64,000 nt of DNA from an uncultured delta proteobacterium (GTDB lineage: Bacteria; Desulfobacterota; RBG-13-43-22). The notes under the pieces were generated by a model, which saw only the letters and a list, made by a program, of their open reading frames with translations, had not been told where the DNA came from and did no database searches. The position numbers and the translations under genes were made by a program. How positions within the stretch are numbered: the first letter of the stretch is position 1; every line of letters starts with the position of its first letter. Below, piece by piece: positions 9,411 through 18,851 of this stretch. Where the stretch lies: the NCBI GenBank assembly GCA_963790475.1, contig CAWBOS010000012.1:672001-736000 (forward strand), written 5' to 3'.

Positions 9411-11792
9411 CTAACGGTTATATAATAAATGGGTCCCAGTCCAATAAAAAGATCCAGAATTCCTCTCGCTTCTGATCACTCTGCCAGGTTCTGAGACTTT
9501 GAGACCGTAGTAAATGATAAGATCCCCGAAAATTTTGATTGAATAAGTCATCCTCAGCCGGTCCATGGTCCTGGTGAAGGAAAGGGTGTTTTCTTTGGCT
9601 ACGATAAAGGCCGGAGACAGAGAGAAATCCATTCGTTTTTTTAACTTATTAAAATAAGGGAAGGATCCGTTGTATCCCCACATGGAATAATCCTCTCCAT
9701 GGGTTATATCATAGTCTTCCTGAAGGCATTTAATTTTTCCTTGGGTCAGCCGGGTAATTTGTGCCGACAGGCCGATATCGGCATAGACATATTCTATCTT
9801 CTCCTTGGAAAAAAAAGAGACGAGTTCCTCTGCGGGAACAGGATTTGATTTAACCTGTTTGTCTGCTTGATAAACAAATATTTCCCCTATGGACCAGGTC
9901 TGAGGTGCCGGCCCGGTTAGAGTGATTCTTATGAATCGGGTATCCCGGGGGTTGAAATTATTTTCAATCCGTCCGTCCCTTAATTTCCAAAAGGGGCGTC
10001 TACCGGACCAAAACAGGTAGCCCCAATTATTGTTAACGGAAGAGATCTCCTTCCAATCCCTCTCATTACCGGACAGTTCTACTCGATAATAAGCAGGAAA
10101 ATCCCATTCCTTTCCCTTGCCGCACAACAAGATGATTCGATTTATTTTGTAGATCCTTCCCAGGTCGAGTTGATAAAACATCCCGGGCCTTTGTGGAGAG
10201 GATGAAGACCAACCGGAGGATACATTACGGTCGAAAGCCCTTTCAGTTGAGTCCGATCGACTATTACTCTTCCCTTTCCAATGATCAGGAAGAATTTCCA
10301 GACAATCGGCTACCGGCCGCCTAATGTCATAGTAAAGGACATAACCTTTTATCTTTTGATAGGGGGAAAAAATCTCTCGTTTATACGTTCCTCCCATGGC
10401 TTTCAGCATTTCCTCAAAACTTTGAGGGTATTTCCCTTCCAGGACAAAGGCTGGTTCCGATACACTGTCGGCCAGAGAGGTATAAAGGGGGTAACGATCC
10501 TTGAAAGGAAGACTAAACACCGGATTCTCCCGGGCATTAAAAGTCAGTTCGGCGGCACTCCAATACTCCGGTGCATAGACATAGGGGCTTTTTTTCTGCC
10601 TAAGAAAGGTAAAAAGGCCGTGTTCCACCTCGAGTTGTTTTTGGTAGCGAATCGAATTGTTTTTTAAATAAGAGTAAAGGGCCGATTGATGGTAACTCAT
10701 TATTATTAAAAGGACGGCAATCAGCCCGATAAAAAGGGTTTTACTTTTTCCTTTAATGGCCCAACCAAGAAGGGCCAGAGAGAGAGGAATAAGGGAATAA
10801 AGGGGAAGGAAATATCTTGGAGCATTTTGTTCACTAAACCGCGATCCGATATAGAAAAAGCAAAAAGACACAAAAAAGATGAACATCAGGATGGGACCAT
10901 GACAGGAGGGGAATTCCCTTCGATGCCATTTCTTTCCTATCAACAGAAAAAGAAGGCTTACCAGGAAGAGCGCGGCTATCCCATAAGCCATAAAAGAAAT
11001 CTTTCCCTTCAGGGAGGGGTTAAATACTTCCATAAGTCTGTAAAAAAAATTAGAGAATCTTAAAAAATAGTCCGGGTTCTCCGGAGACCGGCTGAAGTTT
11101 AAAAATGGGAACCGATAGAGACTGTTCCATATCCAGAAAGGGACACTGCCCAGGATGAACCCGGAGGCCGCTGTCAGGATCTTGCGTTCCCGTATTAATT
11201 CCCTCTTAAAATAAAGAAGAAAACAGAAGCTGGTCAGGAGATAGACGACACTGATGGGGTAGGTCCACCAGGAGATTCCCCAAAGGAGGCCTAAAAAAAA
11301 GAGGGGAATGAAAGTAATAGGATCTTTTTGAACGGCCAGACGGTGAGAAAACCACAAAATAATATTACCCAGCCACAGGATTTCGATATAACCGCCATAA
11401 GCCAAAGACGAATAAAGGCCAAAGGAAAAGAAAGGTAGGGCGGTCAGGAGCATGCTGAGGAGACCGACATCCCGGTCATAAAGCTCTCGACCGAGCTGAT
11501 AAATGGAAACGATAAAAAGGATTGAAAAAATAAAAGGAATCAGATGCAGACTCAGGCGGTTCATTCCCAAGAAAAGAAAAGACCAGGAGACCAAGAGGGG
11601 TTCAAGAGTCCCACTATAGGAATCGCCGTAATAGAGCCAGGGGAAAGCTCCGTTTAAGATATGCTTTCCCATTAAGCCCACTATGGCCTGATCGGAATCG
11701 AAAGGGAGATTTTGAATCGGCAAAAATTTACTGATTAGGCCGATAGTGAGGATAATTAGAAAACAGCAGGTTGTTCGGATTCGTTGGTTCAC
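9411..11792 (-). CDS. ArnT/PMT-like (GT39/GT83-type) membrane glycosyltransferase with discoidin (F5/8 type C) domain
   Basis: FDSDQAIVGLMGKHI and YGDSYSGTLE first-loop motifs, multiple TMs; AFDRNVSSGWSS..QLDLG..RFIRIT..WSIGEI discoidin signature; GTG start. Confidence 0.8.
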   Translation of the reverse strand: MNQRIRTTCCFLIILTIGLISKFLPIQNLPFDSDQAIVGLMGKHILNGAFPWLYYGDSYSGTLEPLLVSWSFLFLGMNRLSLHLIPFIFSILFIVSIYQLGRELYDRDVGLLSMLLTALPFFSFGLYSSLAYGGYIEILWLGNIILWFSHRLAVQKDPITFIPLFFLGLLWGISWWTYPISVVYLLTSFCFLLYFKRELIRERKILTAASGFILGSVPFWIWNSLYRFPFLNFSRSPENPDYFLRFSNFFYRLMEVFNPSLKGKISFMAYGIAALFLVSLLFLLIGKKWHRREFPSCHGPILMFIFFVSFCFFYIGSRFSEQNAPRYFLPLYSLIPLSLALLGWAIKGKSKTLFIGLIAVLLIIMSYHQSALYSYLKNNSIRYQKQLEVEHGLFTFLRQKKSPYVYAPEYWSAAELTFNARENPVFSLPFKDRYPLYTSLADSVSEPAFVLEGKYPQSFEEMLKAMGGTYKREIFSPYQKIKGYVLYYDIRRPVADCLEILPDHWKGKSNSRSDSTERAFDRNVSSGWSSSSPQRPGMFYQLDLGRIYKINRIILLCGKGKEWDFPAYYRVELSGNERDWKEISSVNNNWGYLFWSGRRPFWKLRDGRIENNFNPRDTRFIRITLTGPAPQTWSIGEIFVYQADKQVKSNPVPAEELVSFFSKEKIEYVYADIGLSAQITRLTQGKIKCLQEDYDITHGEDYSMWGYNGSFPYFNKLKKRMDFSLSPAFIVAKENTLSFTRTMDRLRMTYSIKIFGDLIIYYGLKVSEPGRVIRSERNSGSFYWTGTHLLYNR

Positions 11793-12076
11793 GTCACCAT
11801 CTTAGCTTGACATCTGATTGAATTCATAATAACTTTATCAAAAAAATCCAATGGGAACAAGATATTTATATCAATTTAGGCTTCTCCGACTTATTTATGC
11901 CAAGGACCTGCCCGAACTTACACGGACATCCGGCCCGACCAATCCTGTCCGGAGAGGGGCTGACCGGGCCAAGACCGATAAGTCATCCCCCTCACCCCAT
12001 CCCTTCAGTCCGTGGTCGCCGATAGTGGGTTCCCGGCCCGAAAAATGTCTCACGACATATTCGATTAGGTTAAAGC

Positions 12077-15000
12077 ATGGCTAAACGTCCCCTAGTCCTT
12101 TGTCTTGCTCTGTGCCTGATGGCCGGTATCCTTTATTCCTGGCCGATGGTTCGGTATTTTTTTTCGGCTATCCCCTATACCCTTAAGCCCATACCAGGGT
12201 TCGAACGGGTCCCACTAATGCCCGGGGATCACCTGCAGACCTATTACTGGTTTTGGCTGCTGTCGGACAACCTTTTCGGCCACTCGGCCTTTTACACCAA
12301 TCCTTATGAGTTCAACGGTCCTCTGGGCCCGATGAGTGCCGTTTATGCCAATTTCCCTTTTTCCCTTCTTTATGTCGCCCTTTTGTTTTTGGGACCAATC
12401 GGGGCCTATAATGGATTGATCCTACTGTCCTTTTTACTCAGCGGATCAGCCATGTTTCTCCTGGCCCGAATCTGGACCAAGGACCTATGGGCCTCTTTGA
12501 TGGCCGGATTGATCTTTGCCGTCATTCCTTACCGGGTCAGTCATATTGCCGGAGGCCAGCTTTATGGATATGTCATTTTCTTATTGCCTCTTTGTTTATA
12601 TTTTGTAGAGCGGACTTTGACCTCCGGTCGATGGCTGTATGGGGCCGCAAGCGGATTGTGTTTAGTCCTGATGTCTTTGATGGACCCCCATTCCAGCTTA
12701 TTGATGGTACTGACTTTAGGCCTCTATATACCCGGCCGGATTTTGTTGATTCGCTTCGTCCCTATAACTCAAACCCGGGATAAAAACTCCCTTTGGCCTG
12801 GATTGGCGGGGGCTTTGGCTGGCGGTTTCTCGATTTCATCTTTCCTCTGGATTCGGTTGGGGAAAAAAACCGGTCTTCCCTTCTGGCATCCAGACATGCT
12901 TCAAGCTTTCTTTTTGTGGACCCTGCTTTCCCTTTTGTTCTGGTTCTATCTCTCGGCCTTTCTTTCCAGAATGACCACCCTTTCCTTTGCTGAAGCCCGT
13001 CAGCGGACAGGCAAGCTCTTTTTTCTTTTTCTGCCCCTATGGTTTTATGTTTTGAAGTATCGAATGGAACTTCCCCGGCTGGGTTTGATTCTGCCGTTAA
13101 TTGTTTTCGGCCTGTTCTTGACTTTCCTGTTTGCCCTCTGGATGAAACACAGAGAGCGGTTTCTGATGTTTGAACAGCAAAGGATCAGGATGGTCATCAT
13201 CTGGGTAGGATCGGGTTTGTTGATCGCTTCGGCTTATCTGATGTATATGAGGAAAACGGTCATTTTGCCTTCCCTGGCTGGCAAGGGCAGAACCATCTCT
13301 GAAGTCCTGCTTTTTTCTCCAAGGGCGAGCAATTTTTTCTTCTGGCAGGATATCAATTATGAACGATTCATTTTCTTGGGATGGGGACTGGTCCTTTTGG
13401 CTGTCCTGGGAATGATTCCTCTTCTCAAAAAAAATCCCAAGTATCCCGGCCAATCAGCTCTGGCTGGGATCATGGCCTTCCTGGCCCTTATTCTGACCCT
13501 CGGTCCTACGTTGACTTATTTCCCTCTTTATCAAATCCTTTACCGGTATTTCCCCTTCTTTAATTATTCCCGGCGGCCGGACCGCTTTCTGATGGTAGGG
13601 TTGATCTTTCTTTGTCTGCTGGCCGGGATGGCCGTTTCCGCCCTCCGGGAAGGACTGGCTTCAAGGGGATGGGCGGGGTTGAAAAAGGTGTTGCCTGTTC
13701 TTATTATTATAATTGTGTTGGCGGAACTTCACCCCTGGCAGCCTTTAGGACTATCCCTTATGTCCGGAGACAACCCAATTTTTGACCTGATCGACAGACA
13801 ATTGTCACAAGGGGGAAGGGTCCTGGAACTGCCCATCTGGCCGGGGGATTCTCACCAATCTTCTGTCTATGAATACACCGTTACCAGAACCCGAAAACCG
13901 ATGATAAACGGATATGCCCCGGTGGTGTTCCGTGATTATATCCAACAGGTTTTCTGGCCTCTTTTCCCGCTGGATTTTGGAGAACTGAATTTGAACCAGG
14001 CCATGGCTTTGAAGAAACTCAAGGTGGATTTGATTACCTTTCATGATAATTCCATGGTCTACCCGGAAAAAATTAGTCCCTTTCCGCCGAGACTGGTTTT
14101 GAAGCGGTTGATGGCCTCTCCTTTCTTAAAATTGGTTGACCATGATCAGGATGTATTTCTTTTCAAATTCAATTCTGATTTTACGGGAGCCCTGTGGGAT
14201 CGTGAAAATTCTCCTAATCCCAATTTAGTAAGGGGGGCAAAAAGTCCCCCTTTGGCCAAGGGGGAAGGAGAGAAACTTAAAGAGGTGTCTACCATCACCT
14301 CACCGGTTTCGGCCGTTTTTTATGCCAACAATCTGCCCCAAGAAACCGGGCGATATGTGATGGACCCTTCTGCTTCCGGTTATTATCTGCTGATGGATGA
14401 AAAATATCTAAATCAAGGCCGGCTCGTTCCCCGTCCGGGAGAGCGGGGCAACGTGGCTATGGCCGTACCCGGTCAAGATCACCCCGGGTATCTTGCTGTC
14501 AGTCCCAAAAGATATTTCCCGTCTGGGAAATATCTGGCCAGGTTTCGGCTTAAAGCCGGACTTGCCGGATTTGAACAGGGGGTGGGTCGTGTCGAAATTA
14601 TTGAGGGACGAACCAGGGTTGTGGCCCAAAGGATATTGCGAGGCAGCGATTTTCTTCAGGCCGGGACCTGGAGAGACCTCCCCCTGGAATTTGAGATTTC
14701 CCAAGCTGAGGATATCGGATTTAGGGTTTATTTTGCTGGGAATGCCCCTTTTTATTTAAATACGATTCTTGTTGGTTTTGCAGATCAACCGAACGGACCC
14801 GGTTCGGTCGAAGCCGAAGATTTACTCCGTCAAACAGGAAACGTAATTTCCGATCCGCTGGCCTCGGGCCGAGAAGCGGTGTGGGGAAAAGCTGGATTTC
14901 ACCCTCCCGTCTATCTTTGTTACGGCCCCTATCGGACCTTCGAAATGGGCAAGCATAAGGCCGACTTTTTTCTTAGATTAAAAAATCCGCCATCTATCTC

Positions 15001-15211
15001 TGAAAGAGCAGAAGTGGCCCTATTAGAAGTGGCCACCGATCTGGGGAAACGGGTCTTTGCCAGCCGAAAAGTTAAGGCCCGAGAGTTGAGAGCCGATGCG
15101 TACGTGTCGATCGAGTTGAACTTCGAGGTCCCCTTTCGCTGTGAGCTGGGGTATCGGGTCAAATATTCAGGAAAGGCGGACCTCTTGGTGGATCGGATTT
15201 CCGTTGAATAA
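12077..15211 (+). CDS. YfhO/GT-C-like large membrane protein with two tandem C-terminal beta-sandwich domains
   Basis: GDHLQTYYWFW, RRPDRF, RVLELP, PMINGYA motifs; duplicated C-terminal modules (PGYL..GKY..RFRLK and PVYL.YGPY..GKH..FFLRLK). Confidence 0.7.
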   Translation: MAKRPLVLCLALCLMAGILYSWPMVRYFFSAIPYTLKPIPGFERVPLMPGDHLQTYYWFWLLSDNLFGHSAFYTNPYEFNGPLGPMSAVYANFPFSLLYVALLFLGPIGAYNGLILLSFLLSGSAMFLLARIWTKDLWASLMAGLIFAVIPYRVSHIAGGQLYGYVIFLLPLCLYFVERTLTSGRWLYGAASGLCLVLMSLMDPHSSLLMVLTLGLYIPGRILLIRFVPITQTRDKNSLWPGLAGALAGGFSISSFLWIRLGKKTGLPFWHPDMLQAFFLWTLLSLLFWFYLSAFLSRMTTLSFAEARQRTGKLFFLFLPLWFYVLKYRMELPRLGLILPLIVFGLFLTFLFALWMKHRERFLMFEQQRIRMVIIWVGSGLLIASAYLMYMRKTVILPSLAGKGRTISEVLLFSPRASNFFFWQDINYERFIFLGWGLVLLAVLGMIPLLKKNPKYPGQSALAGIMAFLALILTLGPTLTYFPLYQILYRYFPFFNYSRRPDRFLMVGLIFLCLLAGMAVSALREGLASRGWAGLKKVLPVLIIIIVLAELHPWQPLGLSLMSGDNPIFDLIDRQLSQGGRVLELPIWPGDSHQSSVYEYTVTRTRKPMINGYAPVVFRDYIQQVFWPLFPLDFGELNLNQAMALKKLKVDLITFHDNSMVYPEKISPFPPRLVLKRLMASPFLKLVDHDQDVFLFKFNSDFTGALWDRENSPNPNLVRGAKSPPLAKGEGEKLKEVSTITSPVSAVFYANNLPQETGRYVMDPSASGYYLLMDEKYLNQGRLVPRPGERGNVAMAVPGQDHPGYLAVSPKRYFPSGKYLARFRLKAGLAGFEQGVGRVEIIEGRTRVVAQRILRGSDFLQAGTWRDLPLEFEISQAEDIGFRVYFAGNAPFYLNTILVGFADQPNGPGSVEAEDLLRQTGNVISDPLASGREAVWGKAGFHPPVYLCYGPYRTFEMGKHKADFFLRLKNPPSISERAEVALLEVATDLGKRVFASRKVKARELRADAYVSIELNFEVPFRCELGYRVKYSGKADLLVDRISVE
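14205..14270. repeat. REP-like palindromic element translated in frame inside the 12077-15211 CDS
   Basis: Hairpin TCCCCCTT-TGGCC-AAGGGGGA (14245-14265) preceded by degenerate copy CCTAATCCCAATTTAGTAAGGGGGG; encodes NSPNPNLVRGAKSPPLAKGEG. Confidence 0.55.
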
Positions 15212-15212
15212 A

Positions 15213-15344
15213 GAAAGCCTGAGAACTCTCATAAACGGATATGCCTCGGACCCCCTGCCTCCTTGCGAAGATCACTACCTGGAGGTCAATGCCGCCCGCT
15301 ACCTGGATACCCTGGCTCTTTTAGGTCCGGAGCAAGTCCGTTGA
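15213..15344 (+). pseudogene. Fragment of a paralogous YfhO/GT-C-like gene
   Basis: Reads LINGYASDPLPP..YLDTLALLG, echoing MINGYA..ALKKLKV of the upstream protein; no start or SD. Confidence 0.4.
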
Positions 15345-15502
15345 TTAGGCAAGTTGTATTTTGAATAAATAAGAACCTTTATTTTTTATTGAAATAGCCT
15401 TCAAAAAATTCTATAATATAACCCAAATATAATTTAAAATTTATTAACGGTCACAAAATAACAAAGACTTTTCAAAATTAAGGCAAAAGAATTTTTCGGG
15501 AG

Positions 15503-17290
15503 ATGGCATTGAAGAAAAAAATTATATTATATTTGGGTTATTTTTTCATCGTTCTATTATCTTGTGCTTTCCAGGGTACAGCCTGGGGTATAACTAATGA
15601 TCTTGTATTCCTTGCCTTCGGCGACAGTATTACCTTTGGTGTTGGCAGCAGTTCAGGCGGACCTGAGACCGGCTACCCGCTCCTGCTTGAACAAAAGCTT
15701 GAATCCACTTTTCCGGGCAATTTTATTTCCATTAATGCCGGTTTACCTGGTGAAGTCCTCTTTGGTGCGGTTGAAAGATTCGAGGAGGCTATAGATACCT
15801 ACAATCCCGATCTGGTTTTGTTGATGGAGGGAACCAACGACCTTAATGGTGGAGTTCCCTTTGAGGACATGGAAAACAGCTTACGGACCATGGTTCTTTA
15901 TGCACTGAATAGAGGTAAAAAAGTCATCATTGGCACCATAGCCCCGGTTACCTTCGGCAGTGATTTGCAGGGGGCTATCGCGGCCTTTAATCCAATAATT
16001 TACAGGATTGCAGCGGATTATAATATTCCAGTAGCCAGAGTTTTTGAATCAATGACCGCCGTTGAAGGATGGGAGACCAAACTTATAGATCCGGTAACAC
16101 TCGAACATCCCAACGATGCCGGATATCAAGTTGTTCGAGACGCCTTCTCTGAACAGGTATCGGCATTAATAGATTCGGGTTTGTTAAAAACAGGAGACCT
16201 TGTTGGTTTTAGTGACTTTGATGGCGATTCTAAGCAGACAACCGACATCCTCTGGCGCCATGATTCTACCGGGCAACTTTATGTCTGGTTGATGAGCGGC
16301 AGCGGCCCTTTCCCTGTTTCTGACGGCTCACCCGGCACTGTCGGTGATCCATACTGGGTTATTAAAAAGACCGCGGATTTTAATCACGATGGCAGGTCCG
16401 ATATCCTCTGGCGCCATGCCTCGAGTGGAGAGCTTTATCTCTGGCTGATGGGTTCGGATGGCAAAACTATCATGAACTGGGGCTCATTAGGTACTGTTGA
16501 TCCTAGTAACCCTATTAATGAGCATAACTGGAAAATAGAAGCCGTCGCTGATTTTAACAAGGATCGCAAGGCCGACATCCTCTTACGTAATGCCTCCACC
16601 GGAGAGCTTTCCCTCTGGCTGATGGACGGCATTACCGTTACTTCCAAAACTTCGTTGGCTGTGGTCGACCCAAATTCGAAAATCATAGAGGTGGCTGACT
16701 TTGACGGCGACGGTGAAGCTGACATCCTCTGGCGCAATGCCGTTACCGGGGAGGTTTTTATCTGGCTGATGGATGGCACCACTATTAAAAACAAGGGATC
16801 CTTAGGTGTGGTCGGCGATTTGAATTGGCAGATTCAGGCGGTAGCCGATTTTAATGGCGACGGTAAAGCCGACATCCTCTGGCGCCATGCCTTTTCCGGG
16901 GAGGTCTTTGTCTGGCTGATAAACGGCACTGCCGTTGCTTCTCAGAACTCCTTGGGTGTGGTCGGCGATTTGAACTGGCAGATTCAGACGGTAGCCGACT
17001 TTAATGGCGACGGTAAGGCCGACATCCTCTGGCGCCATGCCTTTTCCGGGGAGGTCTTTGTCTGGCTGATAAACGGCACTGCCGTTGCTTCTCAGAACTC
17101 CTTGGGTGTGGTCAGCGACTTGAACTGGAAGATCAAAGGGGTAGCTGACTTTGACGGAGACGGTAAGGACGACATCCTCTGGCGCCATGCCGTTACCGGG
17201 GAGGTTTTCCTTTGGTTGATGAACGGTACTACCATTGCTTCTCAGGGCTCGTTGGGCGTGATCAGCGATTTGAACTGGAAAATGAAATGA
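15503..17290 (+). CDS. Secreted SGNH/GDSL esterase fused to seven FG-GAP/VCBS repeats
   Basis: Signal peptide; FGDSIT, NAG, EGTND, EHPN; seven DF(D/N)xDxxxDILWR-type repeats. Confidence 0.88.
   Translation: MALKKKIILYLGYFFIVLLSCAFQGTAWGITNDLVFLAFGDSITFGVGSSSGGPETGYPLLLEQKLESTFPGNFISINAGLPGEVLFGAVERFEEAIDTYNPDLVLLMEGTNDLNGGVPFEDMENSLRTMVLYALNRGKKVIIGTIAPVTFGSDLQGAIAAFNPIIYRIAADYNIPVARVFESMTAVEGWETKLIDPVTLEHPNDAGYQVVRDAFSEQVSALIDSGLLKTGDLVGFSDFDGDSKQTTDILWRHDSTGQLYVWLMSGSGPFPVSDGSPGTVGDPYWVIKKTADFNHDGRSDILWRHASSGELYLWLMGSDGKTIMNWGSLGTVDPSNPINEHNWKIEAVADFNKDRKADILLRNASTGELSLWLMDGITVTSKTSLAVVDPNSKIIEVADFDGDGEADILWRNAVTGEVFIWLMDGTTIKNKGSLGVVGDLNWQIQAVADFNGDGKADILWRHAFSGEVFVWLINGTAVASQNSLGVVGDLNWQIQTVADFNGDGKADILWRHAFSGEVFVWLINGTAVASQNSLGVVSDLNWKIKGVADFDGDGKDDILWRHAVTGEVFLWLMNGTTIASQGSLGVISDLNWKMK
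16799..17290 (+). repeat. Near-identical 150-bp tandem repeats within the FG-GAP region
   Basis: Units start at 16799, 16949 and 17099; the first two differ at only a few positions. Confidence 0.85.
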
Positions 17291-17404
17291 GGGGAATCGA
17301 CTCTTAAATTTCTACCTAAAAATTAGTCAAAGATTAAGATCAAAATTTTTATGACCTTGATCTATTCCTCTGAATAAAGTATGCCATCTTCACCATTCAT
17401 TACG

Positions 17405-17462
17405 ACTCCAACTTTCCCGTATTTTCCAGAACTGAACCCTGACGAACGAGCCTAGAACGATC
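17405..17462 (+). mobile_element. Short IS630-family transposase relic
   Basis: Reads PYFPELNPDERA*ND, matching the IS630 motif PxYSPELNPxExxW with TAG at the Trp position. Confidence 0.45.
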
Positions 17463-17605
17463 CTGGATTGGCGTTACCCCTGGGCCAAAGTTAATTTTAC
17501 ATATTCACTTACCCGGAATGAAGGACGAACCGGTTTCCCTAGTGAACAAAGAAGCTTTATGCTGGATCCTGGATTCTTGGGCTAGGTGTTAAATACTATT
17601 TTTAG
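17463..17605 (+). pseudogene. C-terminal relic of an outer-membrane beta-barrel protein
   Basis: LDWRYPWAKVNF then, after a frameshift, GSWILGLGVKYYF* (terminal Phe beta-signal). Confidence 0.45.
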
Positions 17606-17738
17606 TGGAGATATTTCGAAATAGGCCAAGACAGGATAAGGACCGATGTTTTTTATTCTAAGATAATTCTCGTCTAAGCTGAGATAAATATCATGAAGGA
17701 ATTAACCCACGGCCTCTTCCAATCCCGGGGCATAAGGT

Positions 17739-18356
17739 TTAATACGTGAAGATGCCGCCCATCTGAACGCGGGAGGCAACTGATCCCATGTTGTCATTAA
17801 TCGCCGGCCCGAGCCTGAATCCACACCGGTCAAAGCCGTCGTTTTGGATAATGATCGCCGTTGTCTGAGGGGCCTTCTGCATGATCTGAACAATCCTCTG
17901 GATGTACCGGGACCACCAAGCGTCTATCTGATCCCGTTGATCGTACAATGCCTGGCTTTCCGTATCAGAGGGGTTAGCTGACCAACCCGCGCCTGCATAA
18001 ATAGTTGCCAAGGCATAATCCTGAGCTGTCCATCGCGCGACGAATCCGGCACGGGACATCTGGATCGGAATCAGGTCCATGTCCGCTATGATGAGTTGTG
18101 TTGGCCCGGCCTTGCAGTAAGCCTCCAAGTTGGTCCAGAAGGATGAATCGAGCTGTTGGCCACTGAAAGGCGACTTTTCCAAGATATTGTAGGTGACCTG
18201 CCCGTGCGTCGGTTGATCCTGAGGTGCGGGCCCGGAATTGGAAGAACCGGAACCGGAACTGGATTTGTTCTGAGTTAACTCACAGCCGAAAATAATTATG
18301 AATAATATAAAAGAAAAAAGTGAAAGGGATACCTGAATCAACTTTTTCTTTGTCAT
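17739..18356 (-). CDS. Hypothetical lipoprotein with Ser/Gly-rich tether
   Basis: Start reassigned to ATG 18356 (SD GGAG); signal ending IIFG-C, tether SSSGSGSSNSGPAP. Confidence 0.75.
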   Translation of the reverse strand: MTKKKLIQVSLSLFSFILFIIIFGCELTQNKSSSGSGSSNSGPAPQDQPTHGQVTYNILEKSPFSGQQLDSSFWTNLEAYCKAGPTQLIIADMDLIPIQMSRAGFVARWTAQDYALATIYAGAGWSANPSDTESQALYDQRDQIDAWWSRYIQRIVQIMQKAPQTTAIIIQNDGFDRCGFRLGPAINDNMGSVASRVQMGGIFTY

Positions 18357-18851
18357 AAATTCTCCAATCTGAAATAATTGAAAAAAATTATTATCTTTTA
18401 AAGACAATAATATACAATAAAGAATGATTTATCTTATAAAAACCGTTGAGAAAGTCAAGAAAAATTAGATAGAAAGATATATTATTCCATTTTCTGCAAC
18501 TTCTTGATTTGGAAGAGGGCCGACTTCGACCTGTAGGCCTTGCGTTTTTAATCTGACTTTAAGAAAGGGTCGGGAACTCCCTGAGTGGAAAGACGCCGGT
18601 GCCGATTTTCATCGTACTCTCTCCTTCGAAATAAGTCCTGATACGGCTTCCTTGCCTGGTGACAGTCAACGATGAAATTTATAAATAATAATAGAAATTT
18701 CCTTATTAGTCAATATAATACAGAATAATACAGAAAAAGAAAAAAATCTTGATTCTTATCATCCAAGATGTTAGATAAAACCGTGCCTAAGAAAAACAAC
18801 AAAAGTATTTAAAAAAAATAAGCCCAAAAAGAATTTTGTATTGGATGGTGT

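Noticed and set aside
11851-12084. 77-aa ORF in the divergent gap
   Set aside because: Overlaps promoter region and a partial REP element; no motif.
16799-17290. Regular repeats resembling a CRISPR array
   Set aside because: 150-bp in-frame coding repeats without unique spacers; no cas genes.
18490-18680. Protein-like stretch on the minus strand (SLTVTRQGSRIRTYFEG..)
   Set aside because: Frameshifted, no start and no recognisable family; cannot be supported.
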